Under the pieces are notes generated by a model, which worked only from the letters and a program-made list of their open reading frames with translations, did no database searches and was not told the origin of the DNA. The position numbers and the translations under genes were made by a program. This document shows, piece after piece, positions 33,261-42,534 of a stretch of DNA of 64,000 nt (position 1 is the stretch's first letter; the number at the start of each line of letters is the position of its first letter). Origin of the DNA: Candidatus Binataceae bacterium (GTDB taxonomy: Bacteria > Desulfobacterota > Binatia > Binatales > Binataceae); NCBI GenBank assembly GCA_035504735.1, contig DATJRJ010000129.1, forward strand, positions 4,771-68,770. Reading direction: 5' to 3'.

Positions 33261-34352
33261 TTACTGAAAGTCTTTTCGGTAAGTGACGAAATTCGCGGTC
33301 ACGCGGGCGCCCAGACCTGCAGCCGTGTTGCGCGAGGCCCAGTTGTCGTCGTGCACCAGCGTGTATCCCGCGTAGCGCATCCCCTGCTGCGCCATCGTCA
33401 GAAACGACCGCGCAGCCATCGCGAGCGCAACTCCACGCCCCCGCATCCGCTCGATTACCCCGATATTGATCAGCGCGCCGCGGGTCCCTCCGCCACGTGC
33501 GGGGCTAAGTTTCACGCCGGAGCGGACGCGGGCCAGTACGAAGCTCAGGTCCGGCACCGAGAAGACCGTGCCGACCGGCTTGCCGTCGGCTATCGCCATC
33601 ATCGAGAGGTCAGCCACCGGCGAATCCCACAGCGACGCCATCATCGGCCGTACCTCTTCGCGGCTGATCGGGTTCCAGCCCCAATGCCGCGCGAACGAGG
33701 CGTTGGTGACATCGGTCCAGCTATCGACCGCGTCCATGAAACCGTACCGGCGCCAGCTCTTGATGGTGATATTCGCGGCCGCGGCCGACTCGACCATCCG
33801 CGGATAGCGTTCCAGGAGTTCGGGCGTGAGCTCGGCGGTGAAATCGCTCTGACCCTTTTCGGTCAGGAAGCCGGCGTTCTTGAAATAGCTGTGGTAGTAG
33901 TCCGGATTTCCGCGCAGCAGAAACGAGGGCAGATTTCCATAATTGTCGATCGCGTAGGGATAATCGAGAAAAGCGGCGAAGCCGCTGCGCGCAGCTTTCA
34001 TCTCGCGTTTGCGCAGCCATTCGAGCGCGCGCTCGAACATCGCGGCCACCGCCTCGTGCTGGCCGGGCAACGCCTCGAAATGGATCAATTGTCCAAGTGA
34101 TTCGTTCCAATGCTGAACGTAGCGCTGATTGATAACGGCCGTAACCCGCGCCACCAGCTGATCATTGTCGTACGCCGCCAGCGGGGCCAGCTCGAGATAA
34201 CTGGAGAGCGGGCTGCGCCCCGCCAGCAGCGCGATTTCGTTGTGGACATCGGGTGGCCACCACGCCTCGCGCTCGGCATAAATCTGGTAAGGGAAGCGCG
34301 CGAATTCCTCGCGGCCTTCGCGGCCGGTGACAGCTTGTACGCGGATGCTCAT
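33261..34352 (-). CDS. GNAT-like acyltransferase family protein (tentative)
   Basis: 363 aa. The C-terminal region ...IGVIERMRGRGVALAMAARSFLTMAQQGMRYAGYTLVHDDNWASRN resembles a GNAT acetyl-CoA-binding core (R-G-x-G-V/A). The N-terminal domain was not recognised. Confidence 0.55.
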   Translation of the reverse strand: MSIRVQAVTGREGREEFARFPYQIYAEREAWWPPDVHNEIALLAGRSPLSSYLELAPLAAYDNDQLVARVTAVINQRYVQHWNESLGQLIHFEALPGQHEAVAAMFERALEWLRKREMKAARSGFAAFLDYPYAIDNYGNLPSFLLRGNPDYYHSYFKNAGFLTEKGQSDFTAELTPELLERYPRMVESAAAANITIKSWRRYGFMDAVDSWTDVTNASFARHWGWNPISREEVRPMMASLWDSPVADLSMMAIADGKPVGTVFSVPDLSFVLARVRSGVKLSPARGGGTRGALINIGVIERMRGRGVALAMAARSFLTMAQQGMRYAGYTLVHDDNWASRNTAAGLGARVTANFVTYRKDFQ

Positions 34353-34428
34353 GCGGAGCCGTCCAAAGCGGACTTGCGGCCGTTAAGCTGCCGCCGGCGG
34401 CGCGTCGAGCTGTCGCACCCGGAGTCGG

Positions 34429-34929
34429 CTACTTGGCTCCGACGACGGTCGGCACCGAATCCATCAGCCCCGGTGAGTCCTCGGCGAAGTCCAGTTTCTC
34501 GACGCCCGCGTAAGGATTTTCCCACTTCCCGAAATCGAGCGGATCGCCGTCGACGTATAGCTCCATCTCGTTGCCATCGGGATCCTTGAAATAGACGCCG
34601 CGTGCGACGCCGTGGTTGGTGGTCGCCACCACCTTGACGCCGTGAGACTTGAGATCCCGGTAAGCGGCGCCCAGTTCTTCGTAACTCTTCATCCTAAACG
34701 CGAAATGGAGCAGTCCGACCTGTTCAAACTGGCCGCCATCGGCTTCCGGACCGACTTCGAGCAGGCCGAGCTCGTGATGGTCGCGGCGGTTGGCCGCCAG
34801 AAAGGCAATCTTGAATTGCGGCACCTCGCCCATCAGCTCAAGGCCCATCACTTCGGTATAGAACTTCTTGGAACGCTCCAGGTCGCGAACCTTGATGACC
34901 AGGTGACCGAGACGATCAGGGTGAATCAT
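34429..34929 (-). CDS. VOC (glyoxalase / bleomycin resistance / extradiol dioxygenase) family protein
   Basis: 166 aa. LGHLVIKVRDLERSKKFYTEVMGLEL...HHELGL...LLHFAF...GVYFKDPDGNEMELYVD. A strong RBS (AAGGAGG) lies 9 nt upstream. It starts 70 nt downstream of the DUF692 gene on the same strand. Confidence 0.85.
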   Translation of the reverse strand: MIHPDRLGHLVIKVRDLERSKKFYTEVMGLELMGEVPQFKIAFLAANRRDHHELGLLEVGPEADGGQFEQVGLLHFAFRMKSYEELGAAYRDLKSHGVKVVATTNHGVARGVYFKDPDGNEMELYVDGDPLDFGKWENPYAGVEKLDFAEDSPGLMDSVPTVVGAK

Positions 34930-34999
34930 CGATTAGAGCCTCCTTGGGACGCCCGGGTTCGGTTGCCCTCGGCGATGGCGTCCGTTGCTCTCTCTACAT

Positions 35000-35842
35000 C
35001 TACATCAAACCGGGAGCCGAGTCACAAGCGGCCCGCATACGTGCCTCTTCGGCCGCTTCAGCCAGCACCGCAAACTCGGGGATATGGTCATCCCATTCGA
35101 TCAGCGTCGCGATCGGTCCGAAGCGCCGAACCGCGTATTCGTACAGTCTCCAGACTGCCGCGCTCACCGGATGGTCGTGGGTATCGAGCAGGTAATCGCC
35201 GTGATCGCTATAGCCGGCCAGATGAAATTGCGCGACCCGATGGGCCGGGATCGCGTCGATGTAATCGATCGGATCGAAGCCCTGATTAAACGCCGTCACG
35301 TGAATATTGTTGAGGTCGAGCAGGATTCCGCAATCGGCCTGCTCGGCCACCGCCGCGAGAAATTCCCATTCCGTGATCGTCGAGGCGCGAAATGTCATGT
35401 AGCTCGAGATGTTCTCGAGCAGAATTCGCCGCCCGAGGATCTCCTGCACGACCCGGACACGGCCGGCGACGTGGCGGATCGCCTCCTCGGTATACGGCAG
35501 CGGAATCAGATCGTGCAGGTTGTGTCCGCCGGCTCCGGTCCAGCATAGATGGTCGGAAATCCAGGCCGGCTCGAACCGCCGCGCCAGTTCAAGCAGGCGG
35601 CCCAGGTAATCGCGATTCAACGGATCGGTCGATCCGACCGACAGCGATACGCCGTGCATCACGATCGGATAATCGCGCCGCACGGCCTCGAGCACCTCGA
35701 GCGGCCGCCCGCCGTCGACCATGAAGTTCTCGGAAATGATCTCGAACCAGTCGATATGCGGGTGATCGTCGATCACGCGCGAGTAATGAGGTCGGCGCAG
35801 CCCGACCCCATAACCCAGCGCCGGAAATTCAGAACTGTCCAT
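35000..35842 (-). CDS. bufB: DUF692 / multinuclear non-haem iron oxidative enzyme (MNIO; MbnB/TglH/BufB family)
   Basis: 280 aa. GYGVGLRRPHY...IDWFEIISENFM...PIVMHGVSLSVGSTDPL...ISDHLCW...LIPLPYTEEA...LLENISSYM...ILLDLNNIHVTAFNQGFDP...FHLAGY is a full-length match by eye to the DUF692 (UPF0276) TIM-barrel family. It lies 65 nt downstream of the Cys-rich peptide gene. Confidence 0.9.
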   Translation of the reverse strand: MDSSEFPALGYGVGLRRPHYSRVIDDHPHIDWFEIISENFMVDGGRPLEVLEAVRRDYPIVMHGVSLSVGSTDPLNRDYLGRLLELARRFEPAWISDHLCWTGAGGHNLHDLIPLPYTEEAIRHVAGRVRVVQEILGRRILLENISSYMTFRASTITEWEFLAAVAEQADCGILLDLNNIHVTAFNQGFDPIDYIDAIPAHRVAQFHLAGYSDHGDYLLDTHDHPVSAAVWRLYEYAVRRFGPIATLIEWDDHIPEFAVLAEAAEEARMRAACDSAPGLM

Positions 35843-35907
35843 CGATCCGTTACCGACCGCGGCCGCGCGCCGAAACCTGCAGCAGCGTCCGCATTTCCGG
35901 GCCGGTC

Positions 35908-36189
35908 CTACATGCTCTGCGGCTTACCGCCCTTGTCGGTGCAGTCCTTGTCAGAGGATGTGTATACGAAGCCCTCGCCCTTGCATGAGTTCTGTCCGGG
36001 GCCCGGGCTGCTGGCGGTCTTGCACGCGCTCTTTCCAGAGCAATCGTTGCCGCCCATACATTTGATCTTGGCGGCCTGCGCGGTAGTGCTCGATGAACTG
36101 CCGGAAGCCTGTGCCTGAACCTTAGTTGCGACAAACGCCATCGCGACAGCACTGGCGAGGATCGCACCTGAAATCACATTCTTGTTCAT
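35908..36189 (-). CDS. bufA: secreted Cys-rich DUF2282-like peptide (bufferin-type RiPP precursor candidate)
   Basis: 93 aa with a Sec-type signal peptide (MNKNVISGAILASAVAMAFVATKVQAQA). The core KIKCMGGNDCSGKSACKTASSPGPGQNSCKGEGFVYTSSDKDCTDKGGK resembles the DUF2282 pattern (KC.G...NDC....SC.G....Y.....C..GG). An SD (AAGAGG) lies 8 nt upstream. Confidence 0.8.
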   Translation of the reverse strand: MNKNVISGAILASAVAMAFVATKVQAQASGSSSSTTAQAAKIKCMGGNDCSGKSACKTASSPGPGQNSCKGEGFVYTSSDKDCTDKGGKPQSM

Positions 36190-36384
36190 ATTGATGCCTC
36201 TTGTCGGGAAAACTTTACAGTCTGGACGCCAGATTCGCCCAAGTGTTGTGGTTTATGCAAGACCGTTACTTTGAGAAAGTGTTTCCGTTACGCTATGGTT
36301 CCGCCGGAGCTTCTCGGACCGGGAACCTTCCGCGTCGTTGATGAGTTATCCACTCTCAGACGCTGATGGCCGCTGATCCCTCAT

Positions 36385-36975
36385 ATGGCGCAAAACCTGC
36401 CCATCGGCGCGGACCGGCGCAAACTCTTCGAGCGCGAGGCGCTGCCGCATCTCGACGCGCTCTATGCTGCCGCTTTTCGCCTGGCACGCAATGCCGACGA
36501 CGCCAACGACCTGCTCCAGGAAACCATCCTGCGGGCCTTCCGCTTCTTTCATCAATTCACTCCCGGCACCAATTGTCGCGCCTGGTTGTTGACCATCCTG
36601 TACAATGTCTTCCGTAACGTATATCGCCGCGGTACCCGCGAGCAGGTCGCCGCCTCGGCCGAGGAGTTCGAGCGCCGCGCCGATACTGACAGCATCCATC
36701 CCAGCGCCGCACCCTCGAATCCCGAGGACATCGTGCTCGAGAGCGTACTCGATCATGAAGTCGAGCAGGCGCTTGACGCGCTGCCCGAGGATTTTCGCAC
36801 AGTGCTGCTGATGGTCGATCTCGAGGAGCTCAGTTACCAGGAGGTTGCGCGGGTGATGGAGCTGCCGGTCGGCACCGTGAAATCGCGGGTCTCGCGCGGC
36901 CGTGCCTCGATGCGGCGCCAGCTCCAGGATTTTGCCGACGCGCGGTGCCTGAAAAAGCCGATGACGGGAAGTTGA
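36385..36975 (+). CDS. ECF-type RNA polymerase sigma-70 family factor
   Basis: 196 aa with region 2 (DANDLLQETILRAFRFFHQF...CRAWLLTILYNVFRNVYR) and region 4 (LPEDFRTVLLMVDLEELSYQEVARVMELPVGTVKSRVSRGR). Confidence 0.9.
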   Translation: MAQNLPIGADRRKLFEREALPHLDALYAAAFRLARNADDANDLLQETILRAFRFFHQFTPGTNCRAWLLTILYNVFRNVYRRGTREQVAASAEEFERRADTDSIHPSAAPSNPEDIVLESVLDHEVEQALDALPEDFRTVLLMVDLEELSYQEVARVMELPVGTVKSRVSRGRASMRRQLQDFADARCLKKPMTGS

Positions 36976-37799
36976 ACGGGCATCGAAACGTGGATTGCAA
37001 CCAGTGTATCGAGCTCCATCTGAGCGCCTATGCCGACGGCGAACTCGTCCCTGACGAGGCCCGCGCGGTCGAGGAACATCTGCGCGGATGCGATCGATGC
37101 CGGGCGGAGCTGGCTGCGGAGCGCGCGCTGAAGGCCCGCATCCATCGACAGTTCGGCGAACCCAGGGCACCGGCTGCACTCGCGGCGCAGATTCGCCAGG
37201 CTCTCGAGCGGGAGGCCCTTGGTTCCGTCTCCCCCGCTCCCCAAGCCAGCCGCAGAAGCGCCTGGTTCTGGATCCCGACGGCGATCGCCGCCGGGATCGC
37301 GATCGTAATCGTCTTGGGACGTGGATATCTCGTGCCTAACGGCTCGGTTCCGCTCTTCGATCAGGCGGCCGCGAAGCTGGCCGCCTTTCAGGGCGGTTTT
37401 GCTCCCAACGTCCCATCCGGCAGCGAGCAGGAGCTCGCGCAGGCTTATCGGGCGGCCCGGATGCCGTCAGGAATTTGGAACTTCAAGAACTCGGGCTTCG
37501 CGCTGATGGGCGGCCGTGTCGATCCCGCCGCCGATGGCGGCCGGGTCACCTACACTGTCTACCGCGGGCCATCGCACGAGAGCATCCTGTGTATGCGTTT
37601 ACGGGATGCAGACGCGAACGCGATCCCGAAGGATGCAATCCTCCGGACGGGCGGGCATGCATTCTATCGCTACCGCGGATTGAGCTTGTGCGTGACCGTC
37701 GACCAGAATCGGCGCTTCGTCTGTATTCTCGCCTCGCGGATGCCGATCGAACGTCTGGAGCAGGTAGTCGCGGGCGCCGCGGTCGATCAGTATTCCTGA
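36945..37799 (+). CDS. anti-sigma factor (zf-HC2 N-terminal domain, one TM, periplasmic C-terminal domain)
   Basis: CNQCIELHLSAYADGELVPDEARAVEEHLRGCDRC is the zf-HC2 motif. The TM helix is AWFWIPTAIAAGIAIVIVLG. The start is uncertain: ATG 36945 overlaps the sigma gene by 31 nt, while TTG 36972 would overlap its stop in TTGA. Confidence 0.8.
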   Translation: MPEKADDGKLNGHRNVDCNQCIELHLSAYADGELVPDEARAVEEHLRGCDRCRAELAAERALKARIHRQFGEPRAPAALAAQIRQALEREALGSVSPAPQASRRSAWFWIPTAIAAGIAIVIVLGRGYLVPNGSVPLFDQAAAKLAAFQGGFAPNVPSGSEQELAQAYRAARMPSGIWNFKNSGFALMGGRVDPAADGGRVTYTVYRGPSHESILCMRLRDADANAIPKDAILRTGGHAFYRYRGLSLCVTVDQNRRFVCILASRMPIERLEQVVAGAAVDQYS

Positions 37800-37837
37800 T
37801 CGCGCTGGGACCGGCGCGGAATGGGCATTCGCGCCAG

Positions 37838-39361
37838 TTAGCCGTGGAGCAGGCGCACCGCGCTGTCGCGGCGCCCTTCGCCATCGGCTTGCGGGCGAAT
37901 CAGTTCGACGCCGTTGTGATGAGCCGGGCTCTCGAACAGCGGTAGCTGATGCGGCTCGTGGTTCTTGGGAATCTCAATCGGGTAGCGGCCGGAGAAGCAG
38001 GCATCGCAAAAACCCTCGTGGCTCTCGCCCTGAAATGAGTAAAGGCCGTCCCAGGTCAGATAGGCGAGCGAATCGGCAGTTATCCAGCGCCGGATCTCCT
38101 CGACCGAATGGTCCGAGGCGAGCAGCTCTTCCTGGGTCGGTGTGTCGATGCCGTAAAAGCACGAATGCGTGGTGGGTGGCGCCGCGATTCGCATATGGAC
38201 TTCGCGCGCTCCCGCCTGCCGCAGCATCGGGATTACCTTGCGCAAGGTGGTGCCGCGCACCAGCGAATCCTCGACCAGCACCACCCGTTTGCCGCGCAGC
38301 AGTTCAGCGACCGGGTTGAATTTGATTTTCACGCCGAAATGGCGAATCGATTGGCGCGGTTCGATAAACGTGCGCCCGACGTAATGGCTGCGCACCAGCG
38401 CCATCTCGAACGGCAGCTTCGACTCCTCGGCATAGCCGAGCGCTGCGGCGTTGCCTGAATCAGGTACCGGCACCACCAGGTCGGCCTCCGCCGGCCATTC
38501 CCGCGCCAGCGCCCGTCCCTGCTGCTTGCGAACCTGGTAAACGTTGCGCCCGAACAGGAGGCTATCGGGCCGCGAGAAATAGACGTACTCGAAGATGCAG
38601 CGCTTGGCGGGCATCGGCGCAAACGGTCGCATCGAATGCGTCCCGTCCTCGCCGATTATCACCATCTCGCCCGGCTCGATTTCGCGGATATACTCGGCCC
38701 GTACCAGGTCCAGCGCGCAGGTCTCAGAGGCCACGATCGTCGCGCCGTTGAGCTTGCCGAGAACCAGTGGCCGGAAGCCGTAGGGATCGCGCACCGCGAT
38801 CAGCGTGTTCTCGGTCAGCAGCACCAGCGAGTAAGCGCCGCGCACCTGCGCCAGCGCTTCGGCGACCCGTTCCGGCAGCGTTGCCGCATGTGAGTTGGCA
38901 ATCAGATGAATGATAATCTCGCTGTCGGAAGAGGACTGGAAGATCGAGCCCGACTGCTCGAGGCGACGGCGCAACTCCTCGAAATTGACGAGGTTCCCAT
39001 TGTGCGCCAGGGCGAGCCCGCCGTGCGCATACTCGACCACCAGTGGCTGGCAGTTGCGAATCGAGGTCGAGCCGGTAGTGGAATAACGATTGTGGCCGAT
39101 GGCGCTGGTGCCCTCCAGGCGCGCGATCACGTCAGCATCGAAGATGTCCGCGACCAGGCCCATCCCGCGATGCGAGGTCAGCGACTTGCCGTTGGAAGAG
39201 ACGATCCCGGCCGATTCCTGTCCGCGATGCTGCAGGGCGTAGAGTCCCAGGTAGGCGAGGTTGGCAGCCTCCGGATGACCGTAAACGCCGAAGACTCCAC
39301 ACTCCTCGTGGAAGCCGTCGAGTTTCGCCTCTGCGGCCGAAAGCTCAACTTCCAGCGTCAT
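37838..39361 (-). CDS. purF: amidophosphoribosyltransferase
   Basis: 507 aa. ...[35 protein letters not shown] gives the Ntn Cys after a short propeptide, with a PRTase domain following. Confidence 0.95.
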   Translation of the reverse strand: MTLEVELSAAEAKLDGFHEECGVFGVYGHPEAANLAYLGLYALQHRGQESAGIVSSNGKSLTSHRGMGLVADIFDADVIARLEGTSAIGHNRYSTTGSTSIRNCQPLVVEYAHGGLALAHNGNLVNFEELRRRLEQSGSIFQSSSDSEIIIHLIANSHAATLPERVAEALAQVRGAYSLVLLTENTLIAVRDPYGFRPLVLGKLNGATIVASETCALDLVRAEYIREIEPGEMVIIGEDGTHSMRPFAPMPAKRCIFEYVYFSRPDSLLFGRNVYQVRKQQGRALAREWPAEADLVVPVPDSGNAAALGYAEESKLPFEMALVRSHYVGRTFIEPRQSIRHFGVKIKFNPVAELLRGKRVVLVEDSLVRGTTLRKVIPMLRQAGAREVHMRIAAPPTTHSCFYGIDTPTQEELLASDHSVEEIRRWITADSLAYLTWDGLYSFQGESHEGFCDACFSGRYPIEIPKNHEPHQLPLFESPAHHNGVELIRPQADGEGRRDSAVRLLHG

Positions 39362-41583
39362 CGATCGCCAATCCTTCCGGGCAGCGCCCGTTCGTAGATC
39401 TCGCGCAACTCAAGCAGGTCTTCGTCGATCACTGAACCTAGCCGGAGCCGCGTTGCTCTGGTAACCCGTCCGCCGGCGATCACCGCGAGTCCGGCGGCAT
39501 CGAAACATTCCCTCAGTCTGGCGACGTGTTCCGGCGGAGCTGAGAGCACGACCGTTGAGCGTCCCTCTCCGAAAAGCTCACTGACCGTATCGAATCCAGG
39601 TTCAAGGGCAAACTCGGCTCCGAGCGGGCCCTCAGGATTGAAGCACGCTTCGGTCACCGCGACGGCAAGACCCCCGTCGGAAACGTCGTGGCACGATCTT
39701 ATCAACCCGGCTTGCGCAACATCAACCAGCCCATCGACGAGCGCCCGCTCGCGTGCCAGGTCGATGGGACCGAGCGCGGCCTCGTCCGATCCGAACAGCG
39801 CGGCATATTCGCTGGCCGCCAGCCGCGGGGCGCTGCTCCGCACGATCAACACCACGTCGCCGGGAGAACTGAAAAACTGTGTGACCCGCTGGCGAAAATC
39901 TTCGAGTACGCCGACTACCGCGATGGTCGGTGTGGGCGGAATCGCACGCCCCTCGGTTTCATTGTAGAAACTCACGTTGCCGCTCACGACCGGTGCCTCG
40001 AAGGCCAGCGCTGCATCGCGGATTCCTTCGACCCCGCGGATAAACTGCCACATAATCTCGGGCCGCTCGGGATTTCCGTAGTTAAGGCAATTCGTAATGC
40101 CGGCCGGGCGGGCACCCGCGGCGGCGACGTTGATCGCAGCCTCGCAGACTGTGGCGACCGCTCCCAGGTACGGATCGATCGCGCAGACGCGCGGATTCGA
40201 GTCGACCTTCAGCGCGAGTCCGCGACGCGTACCGTTGATCCGCAGCACTGCCGCGTCGCTGCCCGGTCCGAGCACCGTGGCGCTTTGCACGATCGAGTCG
40301 TATTGCCGATATATCCAGCGCTTCGAGGCGACGTTGGGGCTGGCGAGCAGGGCGCGTAGCGCCTCGCGCGCACTTGGCGCCGGGACCGCCGCCCGCGCAA
40401 AGATCGTCGGCTTCGGCGGCGGCGCCGCGGGACGATCGTAGAGCGGCGCTTCGTCGGTTAACGCGGCGACCGGAATGTCGGCCACGACTTTCCCGCTCGA
40501 CCGCACCCGCCAACGGCGGTCGTCGGTAAGCTGGCCGATTTCGACCGCATGCAGATCCCATTTGGCAAAGATTCGTTCGAGCTCGCTGAACCGCCCGCGC
40601 TCGGCGACAATCAGCATCCGCTCCTGCGATTCCGACAGCAGAATTTCATAAGGCGTCAACCCTGGCTCGCGCAGCGGCACGCGATCGAGGTCGAGCTCGA
40701 TCCCGAGCTCGCCGCGCCCCGCCATCTCACTCGACGACGAGGTCAGCCCGGCGGCGCCCATGTCCTGGATCGCGACGATCGCGCCGCTGGCCGCAGCTTC
40801 CAGGCAGGCCTCGATCAGGAGCTTCTCGGCGAAAGGGTCGCCAACCTGGACGGTCGGACGTTTCGATTCGCTGCTGGCGTCGAACTCGGCTGAAGCGAGC
40901 AGGCTCGCGCCGTGAATCCCGTCGCGCCCGGTCGCCGATCCGACGTAGAGCACCGGATTGCCGACGCCGCTGGCCCGCGCGCTCAGCAATCCGCCGCGCC
41001 GCACCAGTCCCAGGCAGAAGGCATTGACCAGGATATTCCCGTTGTAGGCCGGATCGAACATGGTCTCGCCGGCCACCGTCGGCACGCCGACGCAGTTGCC
41101 ATACCCGCCGATTCCGGCGACCACGCCCGCGAGCAGATAGCGGGTGCGCGGATGGTCGAACGAACCGAACTTGAGCGAGTCCATGCTCGCGACGGGCCGC
41201 GCGCCCATCGTGAAGATGTCGCGCAGAATTCCGCCCACTCCGGTCGCCGCGCCCTGGCGGGGTTCGACGAATGACGGATGGTTGTGGCTTTCGATCTTGA
41301 AGACCGCAAGCCATCCGTCGCCGACGTCGATCGCGCCGGCGTTTTCGCCCGGTCCCTGCACCACCCGCTCGCCGCGCGCCGGCATCATCTTAAGATGGCG
41401 GCGCGAAGATTTGTACGAACAATGCTCCGACCACATCACCGAGAAGACCCCCAACTCGGTGTAAGTCGGCATCCGTCCGAGCAGGCTCTGGATCCGCTCG
41501 AACTCCTCGCGAGTGAGGCCATGCGCCGCCGCGAGATCGTGGCTGACCGGGGGCTCCCCGGGTAGCGAGACCGGCCGGGTCAT
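39358..41583 (-). CDS. purL: phosphoribosylformylglycinamidine synthase subunit PurL
   Basis: 741 aa. The [11 protein letters not shown] motif and duplicated AIR-synthase-like domains are present. It has 4-nt overlaps with purQ and purF. Confidence 0.95.
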   Translation of the reverse strand: MTRPVSLPGEPPVSHDLAAAHGLTREEFERIQSLLGRMPTYTELGVFSVMWSEHCSYKSSRRHLKMMPARGERVVQGPGENAGAIDVGDGWLAVFKIESHNHPSFVEPRQGAATGVGGILRDIFTMGARPVASMDSLKFGSFDHPRTRYLLAGVVAGIGGYGNCVGVPTVAGETMFDPAYNGNILVNAFCLGLVRRGGLLSARASGVGNPVLYVGSATGRDGIHGASLLASAEFDASSESKRPTVQVGDPFAEKLLIEACLEAAASGAIVAIQDMGAAGLTSSSSEMAGRGELGIELDLDRVPLREPGLTPYEILLSESQERMLIVAERGRFSELERIFAKWDLHAVEIGQLTDDRRWRVRSSGKVVADIPVAALTDEAPLYDRPAAPPPKPTIFARAAVPAPSAREALRALLASPNVASKRWIYRQYDSIVQSATVLGPGSDAAVLRINGTRRGLALKVDSNPRVCAIDPYLGAVATVCEAAINVAAAGARPAGITNCLNYGNPERPEIMWQFIRGVEGIRDAALAFEAPVVSGNVSFYNETEGRAIPPTPTIAVVGVLEDFRQRVTQFFSSPGDVVLIVRSSAPRLAASEYAALFGSDEAALGPIDLARERALVDGLVDVAQAGLIRSCHDVSDGGLAVAVTEACFNPEGPLGAEFALEPGFDTVSELFGEGRSTVVLSAPPEHVARLRECFDAAGLAVIAGGRVTRATRLRLGSVIDEDLLELREIYERALPGRIGDR

Positions 41584-42269
41584 CCCACGCTCTCGACGAT
41601 GGACTGGAAGATTCTGAGCCCGTCCTCACCGCCGAGCAGCGGCTCCGCGGCATGCTCCGGATGCGGCATCAGGCCGAAGACGTTGAAGCGTTGATTGGCC
41701 ACGCCGGCGATAGCGCGGGACGAGCCGTTGGGGTTCGCCGTTTCGCTCTGCGCGCCGTCCGCTCCGACATAACGGAGCAGGACCTGGCCATGCTCCTCCA
41801 TCTGGCGCAGTTCGTCCTCAGGTGCGAGGTAAAGTCCCTCACCATGTTTGATTGGCAGGCGCAACAGCTCGCCTTGGCGCGCGGCGCGGGTAAACGGAGT
41901 GTGCGGATTTTCAACCCGCAGCGTCACGCGCTCGCAGATGAACGACAGCGAACGGTTGCGGGTCAGCGCGCCGGGCAGCAGATGGGCCTCGCATAGGATC
42001 TGGAAGCCGTTGCAGATGCCCATCACCAGCCCGCCCTCGGCGGCGAAGCGGGCCACGCTGCGCATGATCGGCGAGAAGCGTGCGATCGCGCCACAGCGCA
42101 GGTAATCGCCGTAGCTGAAGCCGCCCGGCAGCACCACGCAGTGCGCGCCGCCCAGGCTCTCGTCCTTGTGCCAGAGCGAGATCGCCTCCTGGCCCATCAC
42201 TTCGCGGAGCGTATGCAGCGTGTCGCGATCGTCAAGCGAGCCGGGGAACGTAACCACGCCCCATTTCAT
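41580..42269 (-). CDS. purQ: phosphoribosylformylglycinamidine synthase glutaminase subunit PurQ
   Basis: [16 protein letters not shown]...[14 protein letters not shown]...GICNGFQIL...MPHPE. The ATG at 42269 overlaps the purS stop (ATGA). The longer track start is rejected. Confidence 0.9.
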   Translation of the reverse strand: MKWGVVTFPGSLDDRDTLHTLREVMGQEAISLWHKDESLGGAHCVVLPGGFSYGDYLRCGAIARFSPIMRSVARFAAEGGLVMGICNGFQILCEAHLLPGALTRNRSLSFICERVTLRVENPHTPFTRAARQGELLRLPIKHGEGLYLAPEDELRQMEEHGQVLLRYVGADGAQSETANPNGSSRAIAGVANQRFNVFGLMPHPEHAAEPLLGGEDGLRIFQSIVESVG

Positions 42270-42511
42270 CCGGGCTCGACCTCGAAGCGATAATCCTCGA
42301 TCAGCGGGTTCGCCAGCAGCTCGTCGCACATCCGGCGAGCGGCCTCGCACGCCTCATCCGCGGAAGCGGCCTGCAAATCGAGCACGATGTAGCGGCCGAC
42401 GTGCACACCGTCCACTCCGCCGAAGCCGAGGCTCTTGAGCGCGTGTTCGACCGCGCGTCCCTGCGGATCGAGAATTCCTTGCCTTGGCGTGACGAAAACT
42501 TTGACCCGCAA
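42266..42511 (-). CDS. purS: phosphoribosylformylglycinamidine synthase subunit PurS
   Basis: 81 aa. (TTG)RVKVFVTPRQGILDPQGRAVEHALKSLGF... is canonical PurS. Confidence 0.9.
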   Translation of the reverse strand: MRVKVFVTPRQGILDPQGRAVEHALKSLGFGGVDGVHVGRYIVLDLQAASADEACEAARRMCDELLANPLIEDYRFEVEPG

Positions 42512-42534
42512 AACAGTTCTCTTGCGCCGGGACT

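Noticed and set aside
35843-35907. GC-rich imperfect stem-loop between the peptide gene and the DUF692 gene. A possible attenuator setting precursor:enzyme stoichiometry.
   Set aside because: The pairing (GACCG...CGGUC with an inner CCG(G)AAA/UUUCGG) is interrupted by a large asymmetric internal loop and no U-run follows. It is too weak to call from sequence alone.
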